A DNA stretch of 63,366 nt, filler included, from Neoconidiobolus thromboides FSU 785 (GCA_025603075.1; 5 parts of 5 records of this genome joined end to end with filler, not necessarily neighbours in it); one strand, 5' to 3'; positions 47,951 through 60,253 are shown, counted from the first letter of the whole stretch. Translations and numbers: made by a program. The notes: generated by a model from the sequence alone, not told the origin.

Positions 47951-50900
47951 ATGGATATCAACCAAGATACACTCAATTATTTAGCCAATGTATTAGAGCA
48001 AACCTTTAGTCAATTGACAAGAAAGCAAGGTTAGAGCTAATTATATTCATAATATAAATTATTAATCATGTTCTTTTAGCTGAGAATGAACTCAAACAAA
48101 GGGAGTCACAACCAAGATTTTTGATGTGTTTGTTTAAAATAATCGAAATTGATGGGTTTTCTCCTCAAGTTAAGTTTGCTGCAGCAATTTATATAAAGAA
48201 CTTGACCCGTAGAGAGTGGCATATTGTAACTTATTAATTGTCATTATTTATTTTTACTAATAGCCTAATAGTCTGGCGAAGAAGATAATATTATTAGCCA
48301 ACAGGATCGAGAGTATGCTAAAAGCAGGATTGTTGATCTTATTATGAGTTCGCCCCCAAACTTTCAAATTCAACTTTCTGAAACACTAAATTCCATTTTA
48401 AGTTCAGAAAACATAGATTATTGGAAATTGGTTATAGATGTAATTTGTTTATTATACTATCAAAGTAAAACATAACCAAGTTTTAGGCATTATCTAAAAA
48501 ATTCGATAGTGAGAACTACTCCCCTAATGTTACTGTTTTAAGAGTTATAGATCTTTTTATGCAACGGTAATTTATTGTTTGCAAATAATTGCATTCTCTA
48601 AATTTTTTTAAAGGTTTAGGAACGAAAGAGAATGTCTAGAATTCGGGGAACATCTTCAAATCATTTTTGATATGATAACTCAACCTCTTTATGTTTTGTT
48701 TGTTGTAAGTTATTTCAATATTTTAATTTTATTTAAATTTATTTTTAGACTTCGTTGAGTAACATTGAGAAGCTACCATCCAATTCAACAATTTTAAAGT
48801 CTATCTTTGATTCAATTTTATTGATGATTAAGATCTACATATCTGCTTGTACTCATGATATTCCTCAAAGCTTTGATGATCATAAAGAGGAGTTTTTCAA
48901 AGGATTTCATAATCTTTTAAACTATAACAATCCTTGCCTTGAATCTGATGTAATATTTCTATGATTTTTTAATTCAAAATTAATATTCTATAGGATCCAG
49001 ATGAGTCGGGAGTTTTAGAAGAAATCAAAACATGTATTTGCGAAATTTGTAGAATATATTATTACAAATATACTGCTGATTTTGTGCATTCTGAAGACTT
49101 TTTAAAAAGTATATGGACTACTTTGGTAAATATAGGCCCCGAACAAAAATACGATATGGTAACTTAAATTTCTTTATTCAACTTTACAAATTTAATGTAA
49201 GATATAGTTGGTTTCTGAAGCTATGAATTTTATTACTACTGTAGTTAAACGTACCGGAGGTGATGTAATATTTCAAAATGATGAAGTTCTTCAAACTGTG
49301 TGTGAAAAGATTATTGTCCCAAATTGTCGTTTAAGAGGTGATATAATCATTTAATTTTAATTATTTTTATTGATCTTTTACAGATTCTGATATCGAAGCA
49401 CTTGAGGATGAACCTATTGGTTATGTTAGACGTGAAATAGATGGTTCCAGTATAGATTCTCGTAGACATGCTTCTATGGAAATGATTCGGGCGTTTGTAT
49501 ATCAATATGAAGAAAGAATGGCAAGAGTTTTTATGGACTATAGCAACAAATTTATTGAAGTGAGATTCTTAATATTTTATTTTATAATAAACTAAATTAT
49601 GCTTTAGAAATATAATTTGGATCCCCCAAATAACTGGAGAGATAAAGATACTGCCAACTTTTTATTTAATGCGATCGCTATAAAAACATTCACAACTCAG
49701 GTACCTTTTAATTATGGAATATTTTAATTCTAATTTTTTTAGTTAGGCGCTACTAAAGTAGTTCCCACTATTGACTTTGTTAAACATTACCAATCAAGTG
49801 TTTTGCCCGACTTGGATCCAGGATCCCCTTCACATAAGGTTTTAAAAGTAGGAGCTATTAAGTTTATATGTAACTTCAGATATCACTTAGGCGCCCAGGA
49901 TTTGTTAAATATCCTTCCTATTTTAATTACTCATCTTGCTTCACCACATTATATAGTATACACCTTTGCAGCTATCTGTATTGAGCGTATTTTGTTTTTA
50001 AAACTTGATGGGAAACTAGTTTTCACTGAACAAGTGCTTAAGTCCCACCTTGAGACATTATTAGGAAATTTGTTTGATATTGCTGAAAGGCCATCAACTC
50101 CTGAGAAGGTTGCAGAAAATGAGTTTATAATGCGCGCTGTAATGCGTATTATTTTTATTGGGAAGGAAACTATCACACACCACAAAGCACTCATTTCAAA
50201 GAAATTGGGCAATATCTTAGCTGTTATTTCCAAAAATCCATCAAATCCAAAATTCAATCATTATCTATTTGAATGCATAGGCGGCGTTGTTAAGTAAAAA
50301 ATCTTCTTTGTTTTTTATTTTTTTACTAAAAATCATTAGAACTACCCACCCTACAGTAGAAGAGTTTGAAGCAAGCTTCTGGCCATCATTTCAATATATT
50401 CTTGCAGAAAATATCGCAGGTACTTTATTATATTGCCTTTATTTAGCATTTACTTATTTATCTATTTAGAATTTTTCCCATATACGATTCAAATCATGTC
50501 ACAAATCTTGTCCTTCCATGATAAAAATATGCCTCTTCCCAAATTTTTCCAGGACTTTTGGCCCCCGGTCGTTCAACCACCTTACTGGGAAAGCAAAGGT
50601 AATTGAACAAATGTAATATAAGTTATAAACTAATTTTTTAGGTAATGTGCCAGCCCTTGTTAAACTTTTGAAGGAGTATCTTAGATGTGCCCCCTCCTTT
50701 GTTTCTGATATGAATAACATTCGTTCCATCCTTGGTGTCTTCAATAGACTTTTGAATTCCAAGCCTTATGAAGAACACTCTTTTGATATTCTTGAAGCCG
50801 TATTTTTAAATGTTGACTTGTAATGTTTTGTTTAGTTTTGTTTGGTATGTATCTTATAATTATTTAGGTCAATTTTGGATCAATTTTTGCAAACAGTTTT

Positions 50901-51647
50901 CCTCAAGATTTTACAAAGAATCAAAACGAATCCCTCTACTTCCCTTATACTTTCAGTTACTAAATTCGTCTGCTTCTTATTAACTATCAAAAAACCTGAT
51001 ATGAACCCAGATATTGTTTTATCTTTCTTTGCCAGGGTTGATCCAGGGTACTTAATACCACAACTTAAACTACTTAATACTAATTTTCTTAGAGCCTTTG
51101 CTAAATTACTTAGAGAATATGTTATTCCAAAATTGAGTCAAGTAAGGTATACTGATCGTGTCCTTGTTGTAAATGGATTTACTATTTTATTAACCGAATG
51201 TCCAACATTTTTGAGTATTGATCAAACTTATGGCCTTTGGTATGTATTATAATTTAGATCACTCTTTTTGCTAATAATTACTTAGGATTAATCTGCTTGA
51301 AAATATTATCTTACTTGTTTCAAAGCCCATCAATGAAATTGATACCACCCAAGATATTGAAGCATATGATATTAACGAAACTGAATTCCAAAATGCCTTT
51401 GTTAGACTTGCGTCTTCTTCCACTAAAAAAGCAAACCCAGCAATTGCATATGGACCACCAGAAATTTTCCTTGTCAACTCATTGAAGGAAGCAAATAGCA
51501 GAAGTGGGGGAGTGGTAAGTTATCAGTTTATTAAAAAAAGTAACTTACTAAAATTATTAGATATCTCAGTTATTGAATAGATTATCACCTCAGGCCAGCG
51601 TTAGTTTGGAAAAACTTTATACAGCCTCTGCAAATGGAGGAAATTAA
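47951..51647 (+). CDS. CSE1: Exportin-2 / importin-alpha re-exporter Cse1, many short introns
   Basis: IBN_N AENELKQRE...KFAAAIYIKNLTRREW; SKNPSNPKFNHYLFECIG; FPYTIQIMSQIL; GNVPALVKLL; FQNAFVRLA; ends ...EKLYTASANGGN* at 51647. Confidence 0.93.
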
Positions 51648-51857
51648 ACTAAAAAGTTAAGCTGTGAAGAATAGTTTAATAAATTTTTTCGATATAGATA
51701 GTATCTTAATTCACTTTATCATTTTAGTTTACTAATTCAGCTACTAAAACGGATTTATGATAAAATTAAGCTAGTATTTACCATTTTAAATGTTTTAGTA
51801 TATAAAGTTTACTTTTGTCACCTTAAATTACTTTTTTTTGAAAACTCAATGTCAATG

Positions 51858-51960
51858 ATATGGGGCTGTTTTTTTGGTTTCATTATTTTTCCGTTTCTTA
51901 AGCGCTATTTGAGTGGAAAATTTGTTAGTAAAATCCTTAAACACAAATACATCCTCATAT
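51858..51960 (-). mobile_element. MITE-like family A copy
   Basis: atatggggctgt ... acatcctcatat. Confidence 0.9.
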
Positions 51961-52244
51961 TGTAGAAGAATTATAGTTGTTATTTTAATAAAGTTGGTAC
52001 TTACAAAATTTGAGGCTTTTCATAAAAAGTTGTAGCCGATTACAATAAATAATGATTACTATGCTACAGTATTATGATAAAATAAAGTACTACAAACAAA
52101 CCTCACAAGGCTCGTTTATTGAATATAAAAAATAAACTATCAAATATAATGAAAATTTTAGCTTGTTTTGTAAACAATGTTTTAGTAATTAGTCGTGAAT
52201 AATAAAAATTAAAAATATATATAATATTTGTAGTCGAAATCTAA

Positions 52245-52316
52245 AGCATCTTGGCGCAGAGGAAGCGCGCGGGGCTCATAACCCCGAGGTCGAAGGATCG
52301 AAACCTTCAGATGCTA
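52245..52316 (+). tRNA. Initiator tRNA-Met (CAT), identical to 39804-39875
   Basis: Same 72-nt sequence, followed by a T-run (Pol III terminator-like). Confidence 0.96.
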
Positions 52317-52537
52317 TTTTCTTTTACTCATTAAACAAAACTTCTTTTAGATAAATTTCAATATTTTAATGACTATTAGACAGACCATACTTATCCTTTT
52401 TAAAAGAGGTATTTATTTATTAGTTATTATAATTTACAAACCATTGAGTGTTTAATATAAAGTTCTTAAAGCTATTTTGATTATTTTTTAAATAAATATA
52501 AGCTTTGTTTATAATATAATTGGATTATTAAATATAA

Positions 52538-52633
52538 AAATGTATTTCTTTGTTTAAGAATTTTGCTGATAGCCTTTTCATTGAAATAATGCTTAAAAAC
52601 GGAAAAAGTGATGAAATCAAAACACCTTCATAC
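52538..52633 (+). mobile_element. MITE-like family A copy (degenerate, head-to-tail with the next copy)
   Basis: tgtatttctttgtttaagaattttgctgatagcc...gcttaaaaacggaaaaagtgatgaaatcaaaacacc. Confidence 0.7.
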
Positions 52634-52734
52634 GTGGGTTATTTTTATATTTGAGAATTTCACTAATAATTTTTCCACTCAAATAGTGCTTAAAAGATGG
52701 AAAAAATGATGAAGCCAAAAAAACATCCCCATAT
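52634..52734 (+). mobile_element. MITE-like family A copy
   Basis: ...ttttccactcaaatagtgcttaaaagatggaaaaaatgatgaagccaaaaaaacatccccatat. Confidence 0.85.
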
Positions 52735-52751
52735 CTTATTCATCAAAGATC

Positions 52752-52920
52752 AATTGGGGTTGTCCGAATTGATGGTTTCAGAATTTACTTAGTCAATCCA
52801 AATTTTAAATTTTTAAATTTGTGTCTAATGTGACGGTTAAATTTAAAAAGCCTAAATCAAATCTCTCTATTTAAAACTTATTTTAATTGTTTCCTTTTCT
52901 TAAATAGCTAATTTTCCTAA
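52752..52920 (+). repeat. Dispersed repeat family B copy (~170 bp)
   Basis: Collinear with 63182-63354; shares ggtttcagaat, tttgtgtctaat, aaaaagcctaaa and an identical 3' block ctctatttaaaacttattttaattgtttccttttcttaaatagctaattttcctaa. Confidence 0.88.
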
Positions 52921-52958
52921 CTACATGTTTTATATTATTTCTGTTAGGTATTTAATAT

Positions 52959-53065
52959 ATATGGGTATGTGTTTTTGTATTTAAGAATTTTACTAGCAAT
53001 TTTTCCACTCAAATAGCGCTTAAAAGGTGGAAAAAGTAATGAAGCCAAAAAAAACATCCCCATAT
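52959..53065 (+). mobile_element. MITE-like family A copy (abuts the gap)
   Basis: atatgggtatgt ... acatccccatat. Confidence 0.9.
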
Positions 53066-53067
53066 GT

Positions 53068-53167
53068 NNNNNNNNNNNNNNNNNNNNNNNNNNNNNNNNN
53101 NNNNNNNNNNNTTAATTAATTAANNNNNNNNNNNNNNNNNNNNNNNNNNNNNNNNNNNNNNNNNNNN
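53068..53167. other. Artificial contig spacer
   Basis: 44 N + TTAATTAATTAA + 44 N. Confidence 0.97.
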
Positions 53168-53361
53168 TTTGATTTTGGAGTAACTAACTCATAATAATTA
53201 TTTTCATCACTTCCATAATCGTATTTTGAAGTAACAATAGATTTCAGATGAGATATAAGAGTTGAACTGGGGCTACTGTTTGTTGCAGTGGTTCCAATAA
53301 CTACACTATCGATTGAAGCAATCCATACAAAAGTCAAGAGTAAAGTGTTATTTAACTTCAT
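53168..53361 (-). CDS. N-terminal fragment of a secreted alpha/beta-hydrolase (esterase/lipase-like), truncated by the gap
   Basis: ATG at 53361, signal peptide, then TSKYDYGSDENNYYELVTPKS shared with the 56233 copy. Confidence 0.65.
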
Positions 53362-54061
53362 GTTGTTTGACCTTATTTTGTTTCATTTTTTCTGCTATAT
53401 ATAGTTTATGGTTTTTTTTAATCAGGTTTGTTAATCATATAGTGCTCATAATCTTCATCTATTTTATTAGTTAATATTTCATTTTTACAATTTAGAATTT
53501 TTATTCTTTAACCAGAACTACACTACTTTTTATTAGCTCTATTTAAAAAATAAACTTTGGTTTGATATTTTTATTATTAATATACAAAATAACTTCAATT
53601 ATTGTGTTTGGAGCATTTGAATCTAAATTAATATATTTCAATTACTAAGAAAACTAGTAGTTTTAAATTCCAAATTATACAAAACTACAATATAAAAATG
53701 ATCCAACAACAAAAACATCATATTCGAACATGATACATCAAAACCAAAACATCATAAAAATTCAAATACAAACAAATAGCAATACTACATTCTTTTATAA
53801 AATATATACTATTACTCCCCATTAATAATAAATTAAAAATGATTTATTTTAAATTGCCTTTTATTATTCTTCAAGTTCGAAAAATGACAGTGTTTATATT
53901 AAAATTTATGCCATTTTTCACCCAAACCAATAGTATCTAAATATGACAATCATTATATTAATTTTTTAATAAATTTAGCAAACTTTATTATAAAATCTTA
54001 TGATGTGGGTTAATATACTAAATTCAATTTATATGTTTAAGAAAACATATTTATTGCGTCT

Positions 54062-54166
54062 ATATGGAGATATATTTTTGTGTTTAAGAATTTTACTAAT
54101 AAATTTTCCGCTTAAATAGCATTTAAAGAATGGAAAAGATAATGAAGTCAAAAAGCACTCCCATAT
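54062..54166 (+). mobile_element. MITE-like family A copy
   Basis: atatggagatat ... gcactcccatat. Confidence 0.85.
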
Positions 54167-54634
54167 TGATTTTTAGTTTTAAATAATTATAAAGCTCACA
54201 GATTTTGTTTATTCTATTTCATTATTAAATTCCAAAAATTTGATTCAGTATTTTGATCAAAATTTTTATTTCGAATATTGTTCTTAAAACAAGACATTAA
54301 ATTCAGAAATTAAATTTGATATTTTCTTCCACTCTCGATTCGCTCTTTCCTGATTTCAAGAGTCTTACTAAATAATTTTCATTCATTCTACATTTTAAAC
54401 GATAGTTTAGTATTCCATTAGGACCTCTGTTTAAAGCACTTTTATTTAATATAACTCTTAAACTTGTCACCTCCTTAGTCCTCTTTCTTTTTAAGGGCCT
54501 TTCTACCTTTCAGTGTATTTCATCTTAATCTCGCTTCTAACTTTGTATACGTTTGTTTTATTGGATAAAAACCAGATTTTGTTTCAAAATTAAGATTTAA
54601 ACTTTGTTTAATTTTACTTGTACTATTTTACAAA

Positions 54635-54728
54635 ATTGGGATGTCCCATTTTGAGTCTCATTATTTTTTTCACTTTTTAAGCAGTAAAAAAATGTTGACA
54701 AATTTTTTGAGTGGAAGAACATCCCCAA
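54635..54728 (-). mobile_element. MITE-like family A copy (degenerate, shortened)
   Basis: ttgggatgt...cattatttttttcactttttaagc...acatcccca. Confidence 0.5.
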
Positions 54729-54823
54729 GATTATTATTTAGTACAAAGTATATCTGGTTCAAAAGTAAATAATTGACTGCTGTAAAAGATCTGATACCTT
54801 GTTTATAGTATAAAAGGTATAAA

Positions 54824-54846
54824 TGCGCCCACCGCGGATTGAACGC

Positions 54847-54890
<44 letters not shown>

Positions 54891-54896
54891 AGCCGC
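54824..54896 (-). tRNA. tRNA-Phe (GAA), intronless
   Basis: GCGGCTATAGCTCAGTTGGGAGAGCGTCAGACTGAAGATCTGAAGGTCCCGCGTTCAATCCGCGGTGGGCGCA; canonical D, anticodon and T arms. Confidence 0.93.
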
Positions 54897-56232
54897 TTGT
54901 TTTTACGGAAGTTTAAGAAATATATTTTACAAATGCTATTTCTACTCAACTGGTTGATATAATAACTGAAATATCGAATTAGAGATTATGAAGCAATCCT
55001 TAAAAATTTGAGGTATTAGTAAACCTTCTTGATCCTATATGACTTATTTTTGTATCTTACAAGTTTTGTTTTTCTATGTTCAATCAACTTTTTTCATTTC
55101 TTTATGCAAATAAATATTATTTTATTACTTAAAAAAGATATTTGAACTTCATAGTTCTAAATTATGAATTAGACATAATATATGCAGAAGAGAAGATAAG
55201 TCGAGTCAGCTTAAGCTTAATAAATAAAGGTTGCTATTTTCGAAAGCTATAAAATTTATAAAATTAATTAATCAAATCGAAAATTGTGCCATTAAATGCG
55301 AAATTCAATGAAGTGTTACTTAATTGAATTAAATAAATGCCCTAAAAATAAACCCGGTACTAATAATAATAGCCCATATATTTACTGTATCAAAAACAAC
55401 TCACTTGTATTGTGAAAAATAAATTAATAATATGGTTCATATCGGGTAAAACCAAAAAAAAAGTTATACTTATTATTAATACGATGTTACATACCATAAA
55501 TATATAAATGAAATACAAAATTAATTTGACCCAGCATACTATAATTAGGTGATTGTTAATTAATATGAATTAGGGCTTATAGTAACTCGTTGTAATATAC
55601 AAAGCTTTTAAGTAAAAAAAAGTCATATTGAATATAGTTTAATAAAAATTTTATTAATGGGCGTATTAAATATTTAAATTGAATAATAGCAATAAGGATA
55701 ATAGCGTTATTTAATTCATTAAAACACATATATTAAGTAACTATAAAATTCCAAATATAGATCGGTAAAATTGAAATCAATTTTTTTAATATAAGCTATA
55801 AAGAAATTAAAAGTTATAATTTAAGTTTATAAACTTTATTTTTTAATTATTTTTTTTAATAAAATAAAGGTTCATGGGCAATATTAATATTTTTAATTTC
55901 ATTTCATTCAAGGTCGCTTTTTATTAAACTAATTTACCCATCTGAATATTTTAAAGTTTTATTCTTTAAATGGAGAAAAATTTCTATTTTTGAAGTTAAA
56001 TAATATAAAAAATAGTTTATTTGAATAATTGCGATAATACTTAAGGGCTACAACCTTATGTAATACAGTATTCATTCTATGATAATATAAACATTAGTTT
56101 AACCTAAAGAGATTTATCAAATTAAGGTTCTTAGGGGAATAATAACGCTATCTTCGAAAAGTATAAATAAGCCACAAAATTGCAAGAACAATAGCATAAC
56201 AAATTAGAAAAAAATCAGTTGTAGATTTGAAT

Positions 56233-56477
56233 ATGAAATTCGCTTCTTTCTCATTATTTACATTATGGACTACTTTCGTCATTGGTATGTGGCCTACAGG
56301 CACTGTCACAAAGCTGAATGCTGCTATCCCAACTTCAGATGTCCAAGTAGAATACATTATGACTTCAAAATATAACTATGACAGTAACCAAAATAATTAT
56401 TATGAGTTAGTTACTCCAAAATCAAATGTTAAGGATTCTCCATTGTTAGTTTGGTTATTAGGTGGTGCTTGGGTTAG
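56233..56477 (+). CDS. N-terminal fragment of a secreted alpha/beta-hydrolase (HSL/BD-FAE-like esterase; S10 carboxypeptidase is a weaker alternative), truncated by the gap
   Basis: Signal peptide, then YNYDSNQNNYYELVTPKS...SPLLVWLLGGAW, resembling the YG...LDxYxP...PvvvfxHGGaW pattern. Confidence 0.65.
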
Positions 56478-56577
56478 NNNNNNNNNNNNNNNNNNNNNNN
56501 NNNNNNNNNNNNNNNNNNNNNTTAATTAATTAANNNNNNNNNNNNNNNNNNNNNNNNNNNNNNNNNNNNNNNNNNNN
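56478..56577. other. Artificial contig spacer
   Basis: 44 N + TTAATTAATTAA + 44 N. Confidence 0.97.
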
Positions 56578-57077
56578 TGAGATTCTACAATGAATTAACA
56601 AATTTGTAAAACTAATACTAGAAACATTAACTTACCATGAATTTCAGAAGTACTTCTATCTGCATATCCAAATAAAAGCTCAAAAGTATCAGTAAAATCC
56701 ATTAGTTCAATCTCATAATAAAAGGATTTTGAGTTTAGGGTCACATATTTTCCTTGAAGTATACAGGTTTCATTAAAAAATATGGAGTTGAATCCCTTCT
56801 TACTGACCTTAGTTTGTTCACCAGTGCATACAATGAATTTATAATTATTTATTACCAAATTATTCTTTGCTAATATTGTAGCTAATTCGATTGAAGTGAC
56901 ATTCTCCCCAAGTTGTAGATTTCTGTTCCTGTTCGCAACTCTGTTATTTCCGTATACTCCATCATTTGTGTTAACCGGCCTCCTACCAAAGGCAGTAATA
57001 CACATCCGATACCCAAGAGGTATTGAAACGATTACCAAGAAACCAAGACATCCAAATAAAACATAGCTAATGAGCAT
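56578..57077 (-). CDS. N-terminal TM + SPRY-domain protein (SSH4-like), truncated by the gap
   Basis: N-terminal membrane helix, then FFNETCILQGKYVTLNSKSFYYEIELMDF...LLFGYA (start of a SPRY domain); a 51-nt GTAAGT..TAG intron follows ...SEIH. Confidence 0.65.
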
Positions 57078-57914
57078 TTTTGATTTATGTCTCCCTAATT
57101 TGTTTTAATCATTTTTATATCACACAAACTTCTTTTTGGAAGCTAGAAACTTATTTTACCGCTTTCATGATCATCAAAAATTTTAAAATAGTATTACAAA
57201 TCTTGATTGTTCTTGTAATTACTTTTAATAGATTATTTAAATATCAAAATTCTATATTAAGCTCATTTTCTTTAGTATGGTGTTACATTAGTTATTTTTA
57301 GACTTCCAAAGCTCACGTAGAGAGAGAAATTATTACACTGGTTATATTAGAAGTTATTATGAAAGGTAAATATTAATAAAAGTGATATCATTAAGTTTAA
57401 AGCCTAGTTAAAACTAAAAAATTTCAATTCACTTTTTTGTATTTTCTATGCAGCATAACTTTTAATATCAAGAAATACTAGATAAAACATTCTTAGAAGT
57501 TATTTTAAAACTAAGCAAAAAGTAACTATTTACAGTACCTCAGGCTTAATTTGAAATTTTTGCTAAAATCAAACTGGAAAAAAATTGAGCTTTGGATTTG
57601 AACCAACCCGTATATTTTAGATATAGACAATGATAACAAAGTGAATTATACTACTTAGCAAGTACAAAGGATTTACATAAACACAGTGCTTCATTAAAGT
57701 CTTTGTTGAGAGTTTTTTAATAAACAGTTACTTTGAAACTACAAAATTTATTTATTCCTTTATGAAAATATTAAACAAAAAATCTCATTTAGTTTATCAT
57801 TTGCATAAGGGATTTCTTTAATAACTTTGTTACGACTAAAAAAAGTTTGCATACTTATTACACTTTTATGTTTTAGTATCAAACTCTAATTCATTATGAA
57901 CAAGACTTTTTAAG

Positions 57915-58018
57915 ATATGGGGATATATTTTGTGTTCAAGAATTTTACTAACAAATTTTCCGTTCGAATAGTGCTTAAAAAATAGAAAAAGTAATGAAAC
58001 CAAAAAACACTCCTATAT
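57915..58018 (+). mobile_element. MITE-like family A copy
   Basis: atatggggatat ... acactcctatat. Confidence 0.85.
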
Positions 58019-59150
58019 GGAAATCTATTTAGATTTTTTAGCTTAATTTTATATGAAACTTGAGATATATAGTATAGTTAGCTTAGTTAAGAGTATGGGT
58101 ATAAAAGCAAAATGCTCTTTCAATACAATTTTAGTTGTCACTTGTATAATACTAGTTAAGTTATTCAAAATTTTTAAAAACAAAAAATGAATATTTAAAG
58201 TACCAAAAGGCACTGTATAAAATTTATTTAATGCCAAAGCTTTAAAGTTTGTCTTTATTGACTTGAGTTTACTCATATTATTAACTCATTTATTAGCAAA
58301 ATCTTATCTTCAATGTCAACTTACATACTATTATAAAAACATTTAGCAATAAACAAATTAGCATTTAGAATTAAAAAAGTATCTCAATTTTAGCATTAGT
58401 AATTTGTTTTGATTAATCATCAATTCGAATTAGTTAATTTTTAGTTCAGATCTTTTGATTTATCGCTTATTAACTTTTGTATTCAACTTAACAATGATAT
58501 TGTGCTTTACAATATAGGAAAATAAAGTATTTTGTTTAAATCTATATGATCAAATATTATCATTATTATTGTTTATTTTTAATGATAAAGATATTTCAAA
58601 AACTCATTGAACCTATATTTTAATTAATTTATAGTAATACTTGATTAAGCTTATTTAAATAAAATAAAATAAAATAAATTTTACTAGTTCTAGAACTTAT
58701 CATACAAAATTAACAAATTACAGAATATAAAGCATCTATTGAAAAATAGGTGTACTTTAAATAAATGACTATATAAATTGTGAAATTTATCATACATTTT
58801 AAACAAAAATATGAAAGTGTTATTATATGATTTTAATTTATATAGTAGAAGAAGACGTTCATACTTGATTCTTTAATATTAACTTAAATTCTAAAAAATA
58901 ACAATTGTATAAATAGTCAGAATTTACCATATAAACTACCAAAACAATCAGTGTAATTAATTAGCTTCAACAAAATGTAAAGCTTAAAATTAAAATATAA
59001 ATGTAAATGAAGAACATTTGAACAAGAACCAATAGCAATAAACGGGGAAATAAGGATTATGATTTAATCAGCCAAAAGAGAAAAAAGGCAAAAAAGTATA
59101 AAAAAGTACAAAGTATAAAATCTATTGCATTAAAAAATTCAAAATAACAA

Positions 59151-59647
59151 ATGTTCATAGATTATCTTAAACATGTAGCTATTGTGGTTGTAATTATCAT
59201 TGTAACCCTAGCTACAGGCCATTATACTACTGCTTATTATTATAGGCGTAGAGCTGCAAGAATGGAAGGAGAGGTAACCAATAACGCTACAAGTAGTAAC
59301 ACTAACTCACATGTTGGAAACAATAATAATCAAGTTGAATTAAACGAAATAATGGTAGAAAACATTTCAGTTACAATCAAAAACAAATTTGAAGTGAGTA
59401 CTGGAAAACAGAATAAAATTAGTGAAAAAGAAAGATATTGTGTATTTTTCGACGATGACTGCATTATACAAGCAAAACATCAAAAATTAAATCCAGAGTC
59501 CCTCTATTATGAGATCAAGTTAGTTGATTTCACTGATGACTTTGAGTTATTGTTTGGATATGCAGATAGAAGTACTTCTGAAATTCATGGTAAGTTAATG
59601 TTTCTAGTATTAGTTTTACAAATTTGTTAATTCATTGTAGAATCTCA
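59151..59647 (+). CDS. N-terminal TM + SPRY-domain protein (SSH4-like), paralogue, truncated by the gap
   Basis: TM helix ending YYYRRR, then FFDDDCIIQAKHQKLNPESLYYEIKLVDF...LLFGYA; intron at 59590-59640. Confidence 0.65.
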
Positions 59648-59747
59648 NNNNNNNNNNNNNNNNNNNNNNNNNNNNNNNNNNNNNNNNNNNNTTAATTAAT
59701 TAANNNNNNNNNNNNNNNNNNNNNNNNNNNNNNNNNNNNNNNNNNNN
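59648..59747. other. Artificial contig spacer
   Basis: 44 N + TTAATTAATTAA + 44 N. Confidence 0.97.
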
Positions 59748-60154
59748 TTTGGGGCTAACCACTCCCTCCCATACAGCTATTTATTAACTTGGGAATATAT
59801 TAATAATGCTACTATAATATTGAATTTAAAACTGTGTTGTGTTGGGGATAATTTTGCTTCTAATAAAGGATTCATTATAAATTTTAGAAACTAGAAAAAA
59901 ATAAAGTCGCTTTCTTTGGACATCCCTTGAATGTTTAAAAATTGGCAATAATTTATAGGATTTTGTGTTTAAAGTCAAATGGAATATTCTTTCAATTAGA
60001 ACCTTTTAAAATTGCTCCATATTTTGTGAATTCAGGCTTAAAATTAAAATACATTATTAAAAAATTTAAGTTAATTGAAATAGTATAATTTTTTTACCTA
60101 TTTATATATAAAATGTGTTAAAAATTCCTTGCAACATCTTAAATTGATCAGACC

Positions 60155-60253
60155 AGTCGTTTTTTTGGCTCTATATTACCTTTTTCATCTTTTAAGCGCC
60201 TATTTGAGCGGAAAAATGGTTAGTAAAACTCTTAACATATAAAAATATATCCC
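60155..60253 (-). mobile_element. MITE-like family A copy (diverged)
   Basis: ttttttggct...tttttcatcttttaagcgcctatttgagcggaaaaatggttagtaaaactcttaac...tatatccc. Confidence 0.75.
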
